Source of the DNA: a virus
Lineage: Duplodnaviria; Caudoviricetes
IMG/VR virus record: IMGVR_UViG_3300011116_001227
DNA: 64,000 nt
Direction: 5' to 3' (one strand)
The notes under the pieces: model-generated
The model's input: only the letters and a program-made list of their open reading frames with translations
Told to the model about the DNA's origin: nothing
Databases searched by the model: none
Program-made: the position numbers and the translations under genes
Part shown: positions 10,392 through 19,983 of the stretch, piece after piece
Numbering within the stretch: position 1 is the first letter of the stretch
Layout: the number at the start of each line of letters is the position of its first letter

Positions 10392-10540
10392 TTCCGTTTT
10401 CCTATTCCTTTGTAATAAACGTCAATCAGCAAAAGAACAACATGTTAATTGCTGATATAACTCCTTGTCGAACACATCGAAGTGTACTTTGCTTTCTCGC
10501 AAATGTTTACAACTTTAAATTGAGCAGTTTATCGATCAAC

Positions 10541-10819
10541 TTACTTGATACGAACGTGCTTATTTTTGTGCTTTTTAACTCGCTTACCTGCGACAGGATG
10601 ATTACCAGGTTGCATGTCTGCAGAAGAAGCGCCTAGATGACCTGTATAACCTCCACCAGGCACGAGTGCAGTAGCAACTGTAGACATCTCGACTTTTTTA
10701 TCATTTGCGTCATATGAATTTGGCTTCTTTGGTTTGCTACTGCGAAGTTGATTAGGAACTCTTGCATTTCTCATTTCTTCAAGAGCCAACTCTAAAAATT
10801 CTCTCAGCAGGTCTTCCAT
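10541..10819 (-). CDS. hypothetical small basic protein
   Basis: 92-aa ORF starting MEDLLREFLELALEE; ATAGTTA motif at 10826-10832. Confidence 0.55.
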   Translation of the reverse strand: MEDLLREFLELALEEMRNARVPNQLRSSKPKKPNSYDANDKKVEMSTVATALVPGGGYTGHLGASSADMQPGNHPVAGKRVKKHKNKHVRIK

Positions 10820-10838
10820 ATGACTTAACTATCAGAGA

Positions 10839-11426
10839 TCAAGTATCTTTTTCCTCTTTAGTTGCAATGATATCAGCTTGATGAACAATATCAGCAAGCA
10901 TAGGCTCTCGCATCTTATAAGGAACATTTTCTTGGATGTATTGGCCATCATTCAGCTTGATCGCCAGCCATTCGTCCTGAGTTAATTTTAATCCAAAATG
11001 TTGACACAACCACACACCTCTGTCAGGTACAGTCATATAAAAGATGTCTTTGTTGTGCTTATACATCTCGCCAAGCTTTTCTCGATGCCACTCCGAATCT
11101 TGCGAAACATAGTAATCGTTCTTATGATCTCCTACCTTTCCTAGGTCGTGGAAGAGACAGCCGATGATCAAAGAATCTTTCGGGACATTCCACTCAAAAG
11201 TCTTACACAATTTCATAGCGTAAGTTAGGACTCGAAGAGAGTGATCTACTAGACCTCCAGGAAAAGCTGCATGATACTCTTTTCGTCCTGAAGCGGGGCA
11301 CAGTGCCAACCTTTCACCTAGGTGATCTACCAGAGCCAATGCTGCAGGTGATCGATCTCCAAGCTTCTCGCACAACGAACGGAACTTATCAAAGTTTGCG
11401 GCAATTTCTTCTGGTTCTAGTGACAT
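10839..11426 (-). CDS. HD-domain phosphohydrolase (YhaM/Cbf-like)
   Basis: YHAAFPGGLVDHSLRV, LFHDLGKVG, IVHQADIIA. Confidence 0.85.
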   Translation of the reverse strand: MSLEPEEIAANFDKFRSLCEKLGDRSPAALALVDHLGERLALCPASGRKEYHAAFPGGLVDHSLRVLTYAMKLCKTFEWNVPKDSLIIGCLFHDLGKVGDHKNDYYVSQDSEWHREKLGEMYKHNKDIFYMTVPDRGVWLCQHFGLKLTQDEWLAIKLNDGQYIQENVPYKMREPMLADIVHQADIIATKEEKDT

Positions 11427-11434
11427 ATTGACCT

Positions 11435-11463
11435 ATCGTAATTCTTTTAAAATTGGTGTACAA
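11435..11463 (-). promoter_or_regulatory. sigma70-type promoter for the HD gene
   Basis: minus strand TTGTAC-17 nt-TACGAT, ending 8 nt before the ATG. Confidence 0.5.
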
Positions 11464-11466
11464 GTT

Positions 11467-12696
11467 TTACCTTGAAATTTCCTCAATTTTTAGAGGGAAC
11501 GCCTGATCATACCCAGGTACCTTTATCTTATTGATCTTGGCCACATCATCCAATCGATCTGGATGGACATCAAGAATCAATGCATCGTGAAGGACGTACA
11601 AGGGACGAATTCCGTCAGCGCCGAGAGAATCTAACACGCACTTAAATCCTGACAAGGACACATCAACGCCAGTGCTCTGAACGTACGTGTTGATCAGGAG
11701 ATTCTTTGCTTCGGGATCAACTGCAAGAGATCGTCCATGTCGATTTCTGATTTTTCCTCCCGTAGTCTCTGTCTCAAGCCTTGAGCGAAGACTGCTGAGA
11801 TCAAAGTAGTCGTTGATTCCTTTCACGAATGCATCAATCTTCTTTTGAGTAATTCCTAAACGAGCTCTTAGAGATTCCTTCGCGGCGCCGTATAGCTCAG
11901 AGATGATTGCGACTTTTACTGCATCTCGATTCTGTCTATCACCAAAAATCTTTTCAGCAATCTCTCCATAGATGTCCTCAGCATCGCTGCTTCGACCTGC
12001 TTCAGCCAGAACAATACGTGGTTCAAGAGCTCTAAAATCTAGCGAACAGATCGATCCGGATTTAAAAGATGTCTGTATAATAGCCCGATGCTCTCTCTTA
12101 AGTGTAAGAATATTAGGTCCTGCTGCGATTGTTAAGCGACCCGTTCGAGTGCCAAATCGATTGTAGACGGGTGTGTCTGCATAGCCGCGTGGATCGGGCT
12201 TGAAAGATGACAAGACAGAAGCATTCACTGCAGAAGATTCTAAGAAACTATGCCACTTCTCAACATCGATCTTGGCAGGTTTTAAGGCGGCGAGAACATC
12301 AGAACCTGCTGACCATGCGTTGTTGTAATAATCACAAGGTAATTCTGAAAAAGATTCTTCAATTACCTTAATTGTATTTTTAAAGTAATTTTCATAGACC
12401 GGTCTGGGTAAAACGTGCTGCCATGGAATGTTAATGTTTGACCCTGTGACAATATGAAGCATCATGTCAGTGTACTGAACAGGAAGCTGAGGAAGTTGAC
12501 GATCTTCGAGCTTTAAAAGTTCTAGAAGAGATCGAGACTTCGTCTTGTCAGATCTGCTGCTCAAAATCCACGCGTCGCTGGGAATCCTAGACGTCCATGA
12601 ATATCCATCTTCAGATCTCAAAAAATGCTTTGGGGTTCCAAAATAATAAGACTCGATGCAGTACTTGACAGACATCTCTATCTCAAAAAGATACAC
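11467..12696 (-). CDS. polA: compact family A DNA polymerase-like protein
   Basis: TRTGRLT..GPNI, motif A DFRALEPRI, motif B RDAVKVAIISELYG, NTYVQSTGVD, motif C LHDALILDV; only 409 aa and no recognisable 3'-5' exonuclease motifs. Confidence 0.8.
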   Translation of the reverse strand: MYLFEIEMSVKYCIESYYFGTPKHFLRSEDGYSWTSRIPSDAWILSSRSDKTKSRSLLELLKLEDRQLPQLPVQYTDMMLHIVTGSNINIPWQHVLPRPVYENYFKNTIKVIEESFSELPCDYYNNAWSAGSDVLAALKPAKIDVEKWHSFLESSAVNASVLSSFKPDPRGYADTPVYNRFGTRTGRLTIAAGPNILTLKREHRAIIQTSFKSGSICSLDFRALEPRIVLAEAGRSSDAEDIYGEIAEKIFGDRQNRDAVKVAIISELYGAAKESLRARLGITQKKIDAFVKGINDYFDLSSLRSRLETETTGGKIRNRHGRSLAVDPEAKNLLINTYVQSTGVDVSLSGFKCVLDSLGADGIRPLYVLHDALILDVHPDRLDDVAKINKIKVPGYDQAFPLKIEEISR

Positions 12697-12722
12697 AGCT
12701 GTCTAAGAATTGTTTAACATTA

Positions 12723-15700
12723 CTACTTGATAGTCGTCGTGATTGTTTTTGTGCTTGATGAATTAAGCGCTGCAGCTGCTGTTTCTTCTTTCTTTTTTTC
12801 CGAATCTTCTTTACCAGCTTTAGCCTGAGGGGTTGTCTTTGGTTTTGCGGCCGGAGCGGACTTGTTCGTTTTTTTATCATCTTGAGATGGTTCAGGCGGC
12901 GACTTTGACGCGTCTTTCAAGAGCTTGATGATTGACGGCGCGCCGCTGAACTTTCCGTAGCCGTCTGTGAAGGCAAAATTCAAAGTTGTCTCAAATTTTC
13001 CGGGAGTGAGCTTGTGGGTTACTTCAGTGCAGTTGTACAGATTGTCTAGCGAAGTTCCCGTGCCTAAATCAACGAAGTACTGCTGATATAGTCGAGCTGC
13101 AGGACACCCCATCGTCACGATGTTTAAAGAAGCTGGGACTGTTCTGACGGGCAAACCGCCCGGTCCTGAGAGACCATCAGAGGGAGGCGCAACAGAATTT
13201 GCATTACCAGCCTTTGGCTTCATGATGTTCACTAAATTCGCTGCAGCCATGAGATCGTCAGTCTTCGAAGCTAGAGTCGCAGTTTTCACGAGAGTCCCTT
13301 GAGACCCTATCAAGATCGTAGGCGCCAAGGCTCGCAGAGAATCCCGCAAAGCTGCAGGATTTCGCTTTATGACTGTCTGAGAAGTTCCCTCGGGCGTCTT
13401 CAATTTGATGAGATTGTTCAAAACTGCTGGTTGTGGATTTTGTCCTGCTGCTATTCCGCTTAAAGTACCGTCATTCCCAATTGAAGCTGCGAGATCTGCA
13501 GCTCCAGCGCCGTTTAAATCATTCAAAAATTTCTGAACTTCTGTTCTGTTAGTTTCATTTGCCTTCAGTTTTTCTCTTACTTCGCTTGCGTTGAAAGATC
13601 CGACGTGAAATCCGTCTGATAATTCGACGAACTCTGAGAAAATTTTTCTTGGATTGACCTGCTTGTCGTAGATGTGGATTCGAACGATCTGACCGGCGGT
13701 GCTCGGCTCGGCGACATTATTTATTAGATCGTCTATTCTCCTGACAGAAGAACTCGGCAGCGGAGTCGGAGAAGTCTCTATCATGAACTCTATGAGAGGC
13801 TTTCTGAATCCTGGATATTTGGTTTGCCAACGTGCTAGAGCGAGCTCGTATCCTTCTCTCGTCTCTGAAGCAGACTGCGGCGAAGGATTGTCTTTGTTGA
13901 ACGGCTCAAACAGCTCGATCATTCCGTATCCCGGCGAGCGGTCGTCAGAGAATTGATTGTTGACGATCATTCTCATGAACTCTTCTATCGTGAAGTCATT
14001 CTTGTTCTTCGACTTCATTAGGTCGTCTATCGCGTAGACGAAGCGGGTCAAGTCAATTGGAAACTCTGCAATACTTGCTCCGCTCACAGGCCCGCACTGG
14101 TCGTTCAGTGCATAGAAAATTACTTGCACTTCAGACCCAGCATTATCAATTTCTGGATTTGCTTCTATAAATGCGGGCAAGACGGTGTTGATAAACAGCT
14201 TGCCGAAAGACACGATCTTGTTTTTGCCAGCATCTATCGCAATTCTCGTAGGCGCAGTGTTGTCAGACGTCGACGTGGCTTCCTGCTTGCCGCCCTTGTC
14301 TTTCTTCGTTGCAAGAGTATTTCCTGCCTGAAATTTTTGCAAAGCTCCTCTAAGATCTGCTGAAAAATAAGTCGCATCGTCGCCCTTATTTACATTTACT
14401 ACAGTGACGGGTTCCGTCGGAGGAGCGCCTCTTTTTGGTGCAGACACAGGAGCTTGTTTCTTCTTTGGGTCGGGAGGCGGCGGCGGAAGTTCCAAGGGCG
14501 ATGCGAGGAAGGGATCTGCTCCCTCAGTGCACCTCGTGATAAGGTTCGTGATTTCAGTTGCACGAACCCCAGAAAGAGCAGCTTTGGTCGCTGCAGGATC
14601 GAGAACAAGAGACAATTGACTTTTTATTTTTTCGGCATCTGCTGCGTTGATCGCTCCCGTGTCTGCATAATGATTTACGACTTGCGCTATGTACGTAGAA
14701 GGATTTTCTTTAATTGAGCTGGGAAGCATCTGGCCTGATGCTCCTGCATTTAGAATTTGCGAAAGACGAGCGTCTGGGCCTAGGACAGACGCGCCATACT
14801 TGTTAGACAAGTCTGATAATTCTTGCAGTAAATTTTCATAACCTGCAATCATCGCCTCGTATTGTCCTCCCAACTTAATAGAAGTCCTCTTAGACTTTGA
14901 AACTCCAAGACCCACAAGATCGAGAGTCAAGTTTACAGTTCCCACTTGGTCGAAACCAAACTGCGTATTTTTAATTTGCCAACAGTCTTCGGCGTGCATA
15001 GACTCATTGATAAAATCTGCGTAAGCGTCTTCGTTGTTAAAAGAAATTGAGCTTTTTCCGTCACTGCCCTTACTAATTCTAGACGGTGCAATCCATCCGT
15101 AAGAAGTCCAAATCTTTACGAAGCCGTACCCAGACGGTCCTCTAAAAAATTCAGACATCTCTGAGATTCTTGACTTGTCGTGAATCTTCAGCTGAAGCTT
15201 TCCAGTCTTGTGTGCCATCGCTCCGGCGCCGGCGTTTAAAATTTTAACTTCAAAATCAAGAATAGATGCAAAAGGCAAGAACGGCTTCGCGTCGACGAGG
15301 CGTCCATTCGGCAAGCCTGTTTTTGAATCCGTTGAAGCCTTCGTCGTCGAGATGTTCGAAAGAGACTGAGGTGACAAGAACAGTTCCATGCCAGATTTCG
15401 CTTCGATAGAAGCTCCGGTAAACTGATCTCCCTGCTGCGTCAAAGTGATGTCACCGAATCGAGATATCGCTTGATCAGCAGCAGTTGCTGTTGATCTATC
15501 GACAGATCCCACTAAAAATCTGAGCAATGAAGGTGTGCTCAAATAATAAAGTCCTTGCTTGCCCAACTCCTCGCGGCGCTTATCGTCGGTATTACTATCA
15601 GATGCTTTCAAAGAAAGCGTTATTTTCTTCTGGCCGATCATCTCGATCTCGAGGTACGGCACCAGCTGATTCGCTACGAGCGGTGGTGTGTAGTTCAAAA

Positions 15701-16178
15701 ACATCTCAACATCTTCGGTCTTCGCCACTGCTGGACTGAGATAGGGATCTTTCGAAACAACAATTCCAATCTCACATTTCTTGCTGCTGAGATTGTTGTC
15801 TTTTGCTATGAGCCAGTCTGAGTCTTGGAAACTCAAACTGCTCGTCGGACTAATTTTTGTGCCCTTCCTCCAGTAATCTTCGTCGCCTATCATGCTGAAG
15901 ATTCCTTTTGATTTAGTCACGCAGTGAAAATCTTTTTTGATGTCGGCGAGCCCCTCGGGCGTGGGAGGTGAGTCTGGCTGTTTCTTAGCTGTAGCCTCGG
16001 CGCTAAGCAACTTTTCGATGTCGCTCATTCGTGTTGTCTTGTCGATCAGCTTAATTCTGAGCTTGTCGTTGAGCGATTGTGTTTTTGCACCGTCTCCGCC
16101 GGCGAGCTTTGATATTCCCCGCGGAGACAACAGGTCAAAGAGGTCTGTTAGAAATGTTTGTGCAGGCAGGTCTGCCAT
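12723..16178 (-). CDS. putative baseplate hub protein (gp27 / late-control-D-like)
   Basis: position after the LysM/gp53-like gene; C-terminal SLNIVTMGCP...YNCTEVTHKLTPGKFETTLNF resembles hub C-termini; start moved to MADLP at 16178 (TGATG overlap with the upstream gene). Confidence 0.55.
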   Translation of the reverse strand: MADLPAQTFLTDLFDLLSPRGISKLAGGDGAKTQSLNDKLRIKLIDKTTRMSDIEKLLSAEATAKKQPDSPPTPEGLADIKKDFHCVTKSKGIFSMIGDEDYWRKGTKISPTSSLSFQDSDWLIAKDNNLSSKKCEIGIVVSKDPYLSPAVAKTEDVEMFLNYTPPLVANQLVPYLEIEMIGQKKITLSLKASDSNTDDKRREELGKQGLYYLSTPSLLRFLVGSVDRSTATAADQAISRFGDITLTQQGDQFTGASIEAKSGMELFLSPQSLSNISTTKASTDSKTGLPNGRLVDAKPFLPFASILDFEVKILNAGAGAMAHKTGKLQLKIHDKSRISEMSEFFRGPSGYGFVKIWTSYGWIAPSRISKGSDGKSSISFNNEDAYADFINESMHAEDCWQIKNTQFGFDQVGTVNLTLDLVGLGVSKSKRTSIKLGGQYEAMIAGYENLLQELSDLSNKYGASVLGPDARLSQILNAGASGQMLPSSIKENPSTYIAQVVNHYADTGAINAADAEKIKSQLSLVLDPAATKAALSGVRATEITNLITRCTEGADPFLASPLELPPPPPDPKKKQAPVSAPKRGAPPTEPVTVVNVNKGDDATYFSADLRGALQKFQAGNTLATKKDKGGKQEATSTSDNTAPTRIAIDAGKNKIVSFGKLFINTVLPAFIEANPEIDNAGSEVQVIFYALNDQCGPVSGASIAEFPIDLTRFVYAIDDLMKSKNKNDFTIEEFMRMIVNNQFSDDRSPGYGMIELFEPFNKDNPSPQSASETREGYELALARWQTKYPGFRKPLIEFMIETSPTPLPSSSVRRIDDLINNVAEPSTAGQIVRIHIYDKQVNPRKIFSEFVELSDGFHVGSFNASEVREKLKANETNRTEVQKFLNDLNGAGAADLAASIGNDGTLSGIAAGQNPQPAVLNNLIKLKTPEGTSQTVIKRNPAALRDSLRALAPTILIGSQGTLVKTATLASKTDDLMAAANLVNIMKPKAGNANSVAPPSDGLSGPGGLPVRTVPASLNIVTMGCPAARLYQQYFVDLGTGTSLDNLYNCTEVTHKLTPGKFETTLNFAFTDGYGKFSGAPSIIKLLKDASKSPPEPSQDDKKTNKSAPAAKPKTTPQAKAGKEDSEKKKEETAAAALNSSSTKTITTTIK

Positions 16179-16477
16179 CAGCCGACGAGCTCCGCGACGC
16201 GACGAATGTCGACAATGTTGATCTGCGTCCCGGCGGGAACTTGCATCCCCCAGCCGATATTGGACGATGCTGCTAATACCCACCAGTATTTCGCGTCGCC
16301 GTATATGGATCCTGCAAGAGTGTCGAGCCTGTCGTCGCCCGTCAAAATTAGCTTGCTGATGATCTGCAAAGATCCTGCGCGGATTGCTTGACGTATGCTG
16401 CTGACGGCTTCAGCTGTACCAAATTGAGATCCTCTGCTTAGACGAGAATCGAGCTTGTATCGAGATAAAACCGCCAT
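16178..16477 (-). CDS. LysM-like baseplate wedge protein (gp53-like)
   Basis: GDDRLDTLAGSIYGDAKYWWVLAASSNI...VPAGTQINI, typical of the baseplate LysM/gp53 family. Confidence 0.72.
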   Translation of the reverse strand: MAVLSRYKLDSRLSRGSQFGTAEAVSSIRQAIRAGSLQIISKLILTGDDRLDTLAGSIYGDAKYWWVLAASSNIGWGMQVPAGTQINIVDIRRVAELVG

Positions 16478-16501
16478 GTTGTTGAAGCCTCTACTCTAGC
16501 C

Positions 16502-16508
16502 TAACTAT
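16502..16508 (-). promoter_or_regulatory. putative late promoter motif ATANTTA (ATAGTTA)
   Basis: exact motif 24 nt upstream of the 16477 start. Confidence 0.45.
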
Positions 16509-16548
16509 GCTAAAATTAAAATCAGATCCCGATTCATTATACGCCAAT

Positions 16549-19500
16549 TTATCGACCAAGTATCGGTCTGACTCTCGGTGCCATCGGACCAATCGGATAG
16601 ACGGGCGCTCTGTTCGCGCCGGTGTGATCCAAACCAGGCACGATGTCGTGGAACGGAGAGAACGATATCGTCACTTTACACATCTTTGGAGCTCGTTTTC
16701 CCTGCTCTTCTTCCCAAACAGTCCCGCTGTACCAGTCAAAATTCATCGACTCTATGAAACCAGGAATTCCTCTGCCACCAGACGACTCGAACGATCGAAC
16801 AACAGCGTTATTCGCAGGCTTCATGAATTCGTCCAGTCTTCCTTGGTAATCTGCAGTATTCTGAGTATTCGTCGTTGTCGTGCATATTGGAAGATTAGAA
16901 ATAGTGAATCCCGCTCCAATGTTGATGTATCCCTCCTCGCCCAAGATTCTTTCGTGCGGTGCTCTCTTTCCTACACTTTTATCGTAAAAGCTCTTGATTG
17001 TATTCTTTTGGTTCTTATCAGTAATAGTGGGATTGATAACGACTTTAAATTTTAAGTCTTTATTTATTTCTGTTGTCAATTTCGCTGATTCGCCCTTTAC
17101 TCCTACGACTTGGAGTGCGAATTTCTTCTTGTCTAAATTGACGATAGACGAAACTGCTGAATTATCAAAAATAAACTCGCCTCTAAGATAAAATGTGTTT
17201 CCGTCTGTGACAGCGGCACCATTATTATTAGACTGCTGAGGTGAAATTGATGTCATTCCGTTGATCATATTACCCTCGTAATATGCACCGAAGAGGCGAG
17301 ACAGATTAAATCTAGAGTAGTTGCTCTGAATGAGGTCTCCGATTCTCAGCCTGACGAGGGGAGCAGCAGCAATCTGCTGACTGAACGGAACAGTGACGCT
17401 GTTGTCTTTGTTGATACTCACAGATTTACCAGAAGTGAACTGTGGGTACAGCAGTGTAGACAGCTTGTTGAGCTTGATCCACATGTACTCAAAGTCTTCA
17501 GGGCTGAGGGCTGCAACCTGAAATGAGACGTCGATCTTTCTGTTTGTTCCCTTGTACGTCTTGATCTTTTCAACTCTGCCAAATGCGTCCACTGTGTCGT
17601 ACTCAGCTGTGTAAGAATCGCCGAGAGACTGCAAGAAAGCATGAAAGCTGACGATTTCATTTGTTCTCACGTCGTGAAAATAAAATGGCATGTACTCGGC
17701 GTCTAATTTCTGTTCCATGAGAGTCAGTACATCTCCCTCAATTCTATCTAGCACTGGATTGACTCTGTACCCGAGATTTGTGACAGCATCACTCCCAGCT
17801 TTTATTCCCCTGATTCCTGTTTTCTCGTCGTCTTCGAGAGACCCTGCAAATAGAGCAGGGGCGCCAAGCGTAGAATCACCGGCAACAGCTTTAGACAGAG
17901 ACTGAGGAATCAAAAGAAGATCGGGCGATCTAAAAGAAGACCACGCGAGTCGAAGGCTCTTGCCGCTTTGACCTTGTCCTGATTCAATTAATCTTGATTT
18001 GTCGTAAGCAGACCTGCCGTCGATCGGCCTGAGGTCGATCTCTGATTTTTTTAAACCAAAGCCGATAGAATTTGTGTCGACAATATCTACGGGCTCTCTC
18101 AGGACTGCGTCTCCGAGCTGAGCGAACGTGTTTAGCGATCTCATCAGCTTTGATCGCCTGAAAAATTCTATAAATGAAAGAATTTTCTGAACGCCGGCGA
18201 TGGGTGAGTTAGTGAATGCAGACGAAATACCTTTTAACTCATCACTGACCGTCAAGAAAGACCTGAAGATAGCACGGGAGAAGACCACGTAAGACTCTGG
18301 GCTGCTCACACCTGACTGGACAGCGCTAGACGTGCCGTAGAAAGAAGCGATTCCTGTTATTATGCAAGTGGCAAGATTGTACACAGTAGTATCAAATCCG
18401 AGAAGATCTGCCCAATTTGCGTCTCCGGAAATTATCGCAGTTGTCAATGAAGCAACATTTAAATTTGGAATTCCTTTGCCAGTAACTCTCCATCGACCGT
18501 ACGGAAGTCTTCCAATCTTGTCTAGTTTATTTTTGTCAGTAGAATTTGTTTTGCTCAGAAATGCGCTGATGATGCCTGGAATCAGTGCTATAGAGATAGT
18601 AAAAGCGACTGCGAGGATCTGCATTCCAAGAGCACTGAAACCTGTGAATTGATCGTAAGGGTTGTTGAGAGCACCCCAAGACTGCAGTGTTCCATTTCCA
18701 AAAGCGTTAGGTGTAATACTTGAAAGTGAATCAACGTTCACGCCCTTCGTTACTTTGTCTCCCTGAAGAGCAAGGTTTTCAAGAACGTCTTTAGCAGTTA
18801 ATTTGAGCTCTTCGACTTTTTTAATTCCGAGTTGTTCTCCTCCCGGTATTAAAGCAGCTTCAGCAGTAAATGATCCGTCTTCTGGATCGAGTTTCTTAAC
18901 ATCAGCTCGTCTTTCTGTCGAAGCTCTTGCCATGAGAACGTTACCCACTGTTGCAAGCTGTCGATAGTTAACTGTTCTGAGAGCAGGAGAACTGTATTCT
19001 TCGGGTTTATAAGATTCACCGGGTCTGTAATCTGTCATTCCGACGACTGTCTCAAGTCCTTCTTTGCTAGATTCAGACGAGAAAGGTGAGTCTGCTGTCC
19101 ATCTATTCTTGATGAGCGAAGTGCTGTACATCTTAACAGGATGATCTTCTGAGAGAGGATTGCCCGATGTAACTGTTCTGAGGAGGTCGTTTCCATCGAT
19201 CTTGATCTCGTCTTTTCTGACAATTCCTCGAGAAATTTGCGTCGAGATTACAGGATCTGAAGCCCATCCTGGACGGGGGAGAGTAGGGCGGGATCCGGGT
19301 GTTTCTGCGCTTCCATTTCCAAGACCAGGAGAGAAAGATCCTTCAGGAACACGTGTGATTCCTGAAGGATAGCCGTCAGTTGAAGTTGAAATCTCTGACA
19401 CAGTCTGCGCGTCGACCTTGTACCTGTTTCCTCCGCCCGCAGCCTGATCTGGCACTGATGGAGTTTTTCCTCGAGTTGTCTTACCGAGATACTGACCGAG

Positions 19501-19671
19501 AGTTATCTTAGTGCCCTTCGAGATATCTCTTCTCGATTTATCGACATTAATATCGCCAGAATTCCAATCTCCGTCGTCAGCAACATCTCGCTCGACACCG
19601 ACATCGTACGTGTGCACTTTTCCGTCGACGCTGAACCCACCCGTGCCTGTATCAAGCTTTTTGTCGCTCAT
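16549..19671 (-). CDS. large baseplate / tail tube-initiator-like protein
   Basis: YMPFYFHDVRTNEIVSFHAFLQSLGDSYTAEYD...GRVEKIKTYKGTNRKIDVSF...LYPQ and PGFIESMNFDW...PKMCKVTISF resemble tube-initiator (gp48/gp54, CIS tube) folds; lies downstream of the tape measure gene. Confidence 0.55.
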   Translation of the reverse strand: MSDKKLDTGTGGFSVDGKVHTYDVGVERDVADDGDWNSGDINVDKSRRDISKGTKITLGQYLGKTTRGKTPSVPDQAAGGGNRYKVDAQTVSEISTSTDGYPSGITRVPEGSFSPGLGNGSAETPGSRPTLPRPGWASDPVISTQISRGIVRKDEIKIDGNDLLRTVTSGNPLSEDHPVKMYSTSLIKNRWTADSPFSSESSKEGLETVVGMTDYRPGESYKPEEYSSPALRTVNYRQLATVGNVLMARASTERRADVKKLDPEDGSFTAEAALIPGGEQLGIKKVEELKLTAKDVLENLALQGDKVTKGVNVDSLSSITPNAFGNGTLQSWGALNNPYDQFTGFSALGMQILAVAFTISIALIPGIISAFLSKTNSTDKNKLDKIGRLPYGRWRVTGKGIPNLNVASLTTAIISGDANWADLLGFDTTVYNLATCIITGIASFYGTSSAVQSGVSSPESYVVFSRAIFRSFLTVSDELKGISSAFTNSPIAGVQKILSFIEFFRRSKLMRSLNTFAQLGDAVLREPVDIVDTNSIGFGLKKSEIDLRPIDGRSAYDKSRLIESGQGQSGKSLRLAWSSFRSPDLLLIPQSLSKAVAGDSTLGAPALFAGSLEDDEKTGIRGIKAGSDAVTNLGYRVNPVLDRIEGDVLTLMEQKLDAEYMPFYFHDVRTNEIVSFHAFLQSLGDSYTAEYDTVDAFGRVEKIKTYKGTNRKIDVSFQVAALSPEDFEYMWIKLNKLSTLLYPQFTSGKSVSINKDNSVTVPFSQQIAAAPLVRLRIGDLIQSNYSRFNLSRLFGAYYEGNMINGMTSISPQQSNNNGAAVTDGNTFYLRGEFIFDNSAVSSIVNLDKKKFALQVVGVKGESAKLTTEINKDLKFKVVINPTITDKNQKNTIKSFYDKSVGKRAPHERILGEEGYINIGAGFTISNLPICTTTTNTQNTADYQGRLDEFMKPANNAVVRSFESSGGRGIPGFIESMNFDWYSGTVWEEEQGKRAPKMCKVTISFSPFHDIVPGLDHTGANRAPVYPIGPMAPRVRPILGR

Positions 19672-19937
19672 TTGACTTCAACTACTACGATTTCAGAGCT
19701 GCCCTCTTCTTTAATTAGATCGTCTTCGAATTCTGAGACAGACTTCTTGAATCCCTCAGGATCTTTTTGGATCTCGGACACGATCGTCAAGACACTCTCG
19801 TAAAAATTTCCAACAAGCTCATCCACAGCTGCTTTGTTCGTCCTCTCCTCTTTGCTAGATTTAATCTGATTGAACAGATCTTTGATCGCAGCTTGTTCAT
19901 AAACCATCTTTAAGAATTCTTGCTTATTTGGAATCAT
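19668..19937 (-). CDS. hypothetical protein
   Basis: 89-aa ORF overlapping the next gene by 4 nt. Confidence 0.55.
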   Translation of the reverse strand: MIPNKQEFLKMVYEQAAIKDLFNQIKSSKEERTNKAAVDELVGNFYESVLTIVSEIQKDPEGFKKSVSEFEDDLIKEEGSSEIVVVEVK

Positions 19938-19983
19938 AAAAACCTTTGTGTTGATTAAAGAATTAATCTAGATCCTATACAGT

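Noticed and set aside
10839-12696. HD hydrolase next to PolA as a DatZ/DpoZ 2-aminoadenine (Z-genome) system
   Set aside because: No purZ in the window, the HD protein has YhaM/Cbf-like motifs, and the polymerase lacks the exonuclease domain of DpoZ. Only a purZ elsewhere in the genome would revive this idea.
16179-16283. N-terminal 35 aa of the 1186-aa ORF call
   Set aside because: It overlaps the LysM/gp53-like gene; a TGATG-coupled start at 16178 is more plausible.
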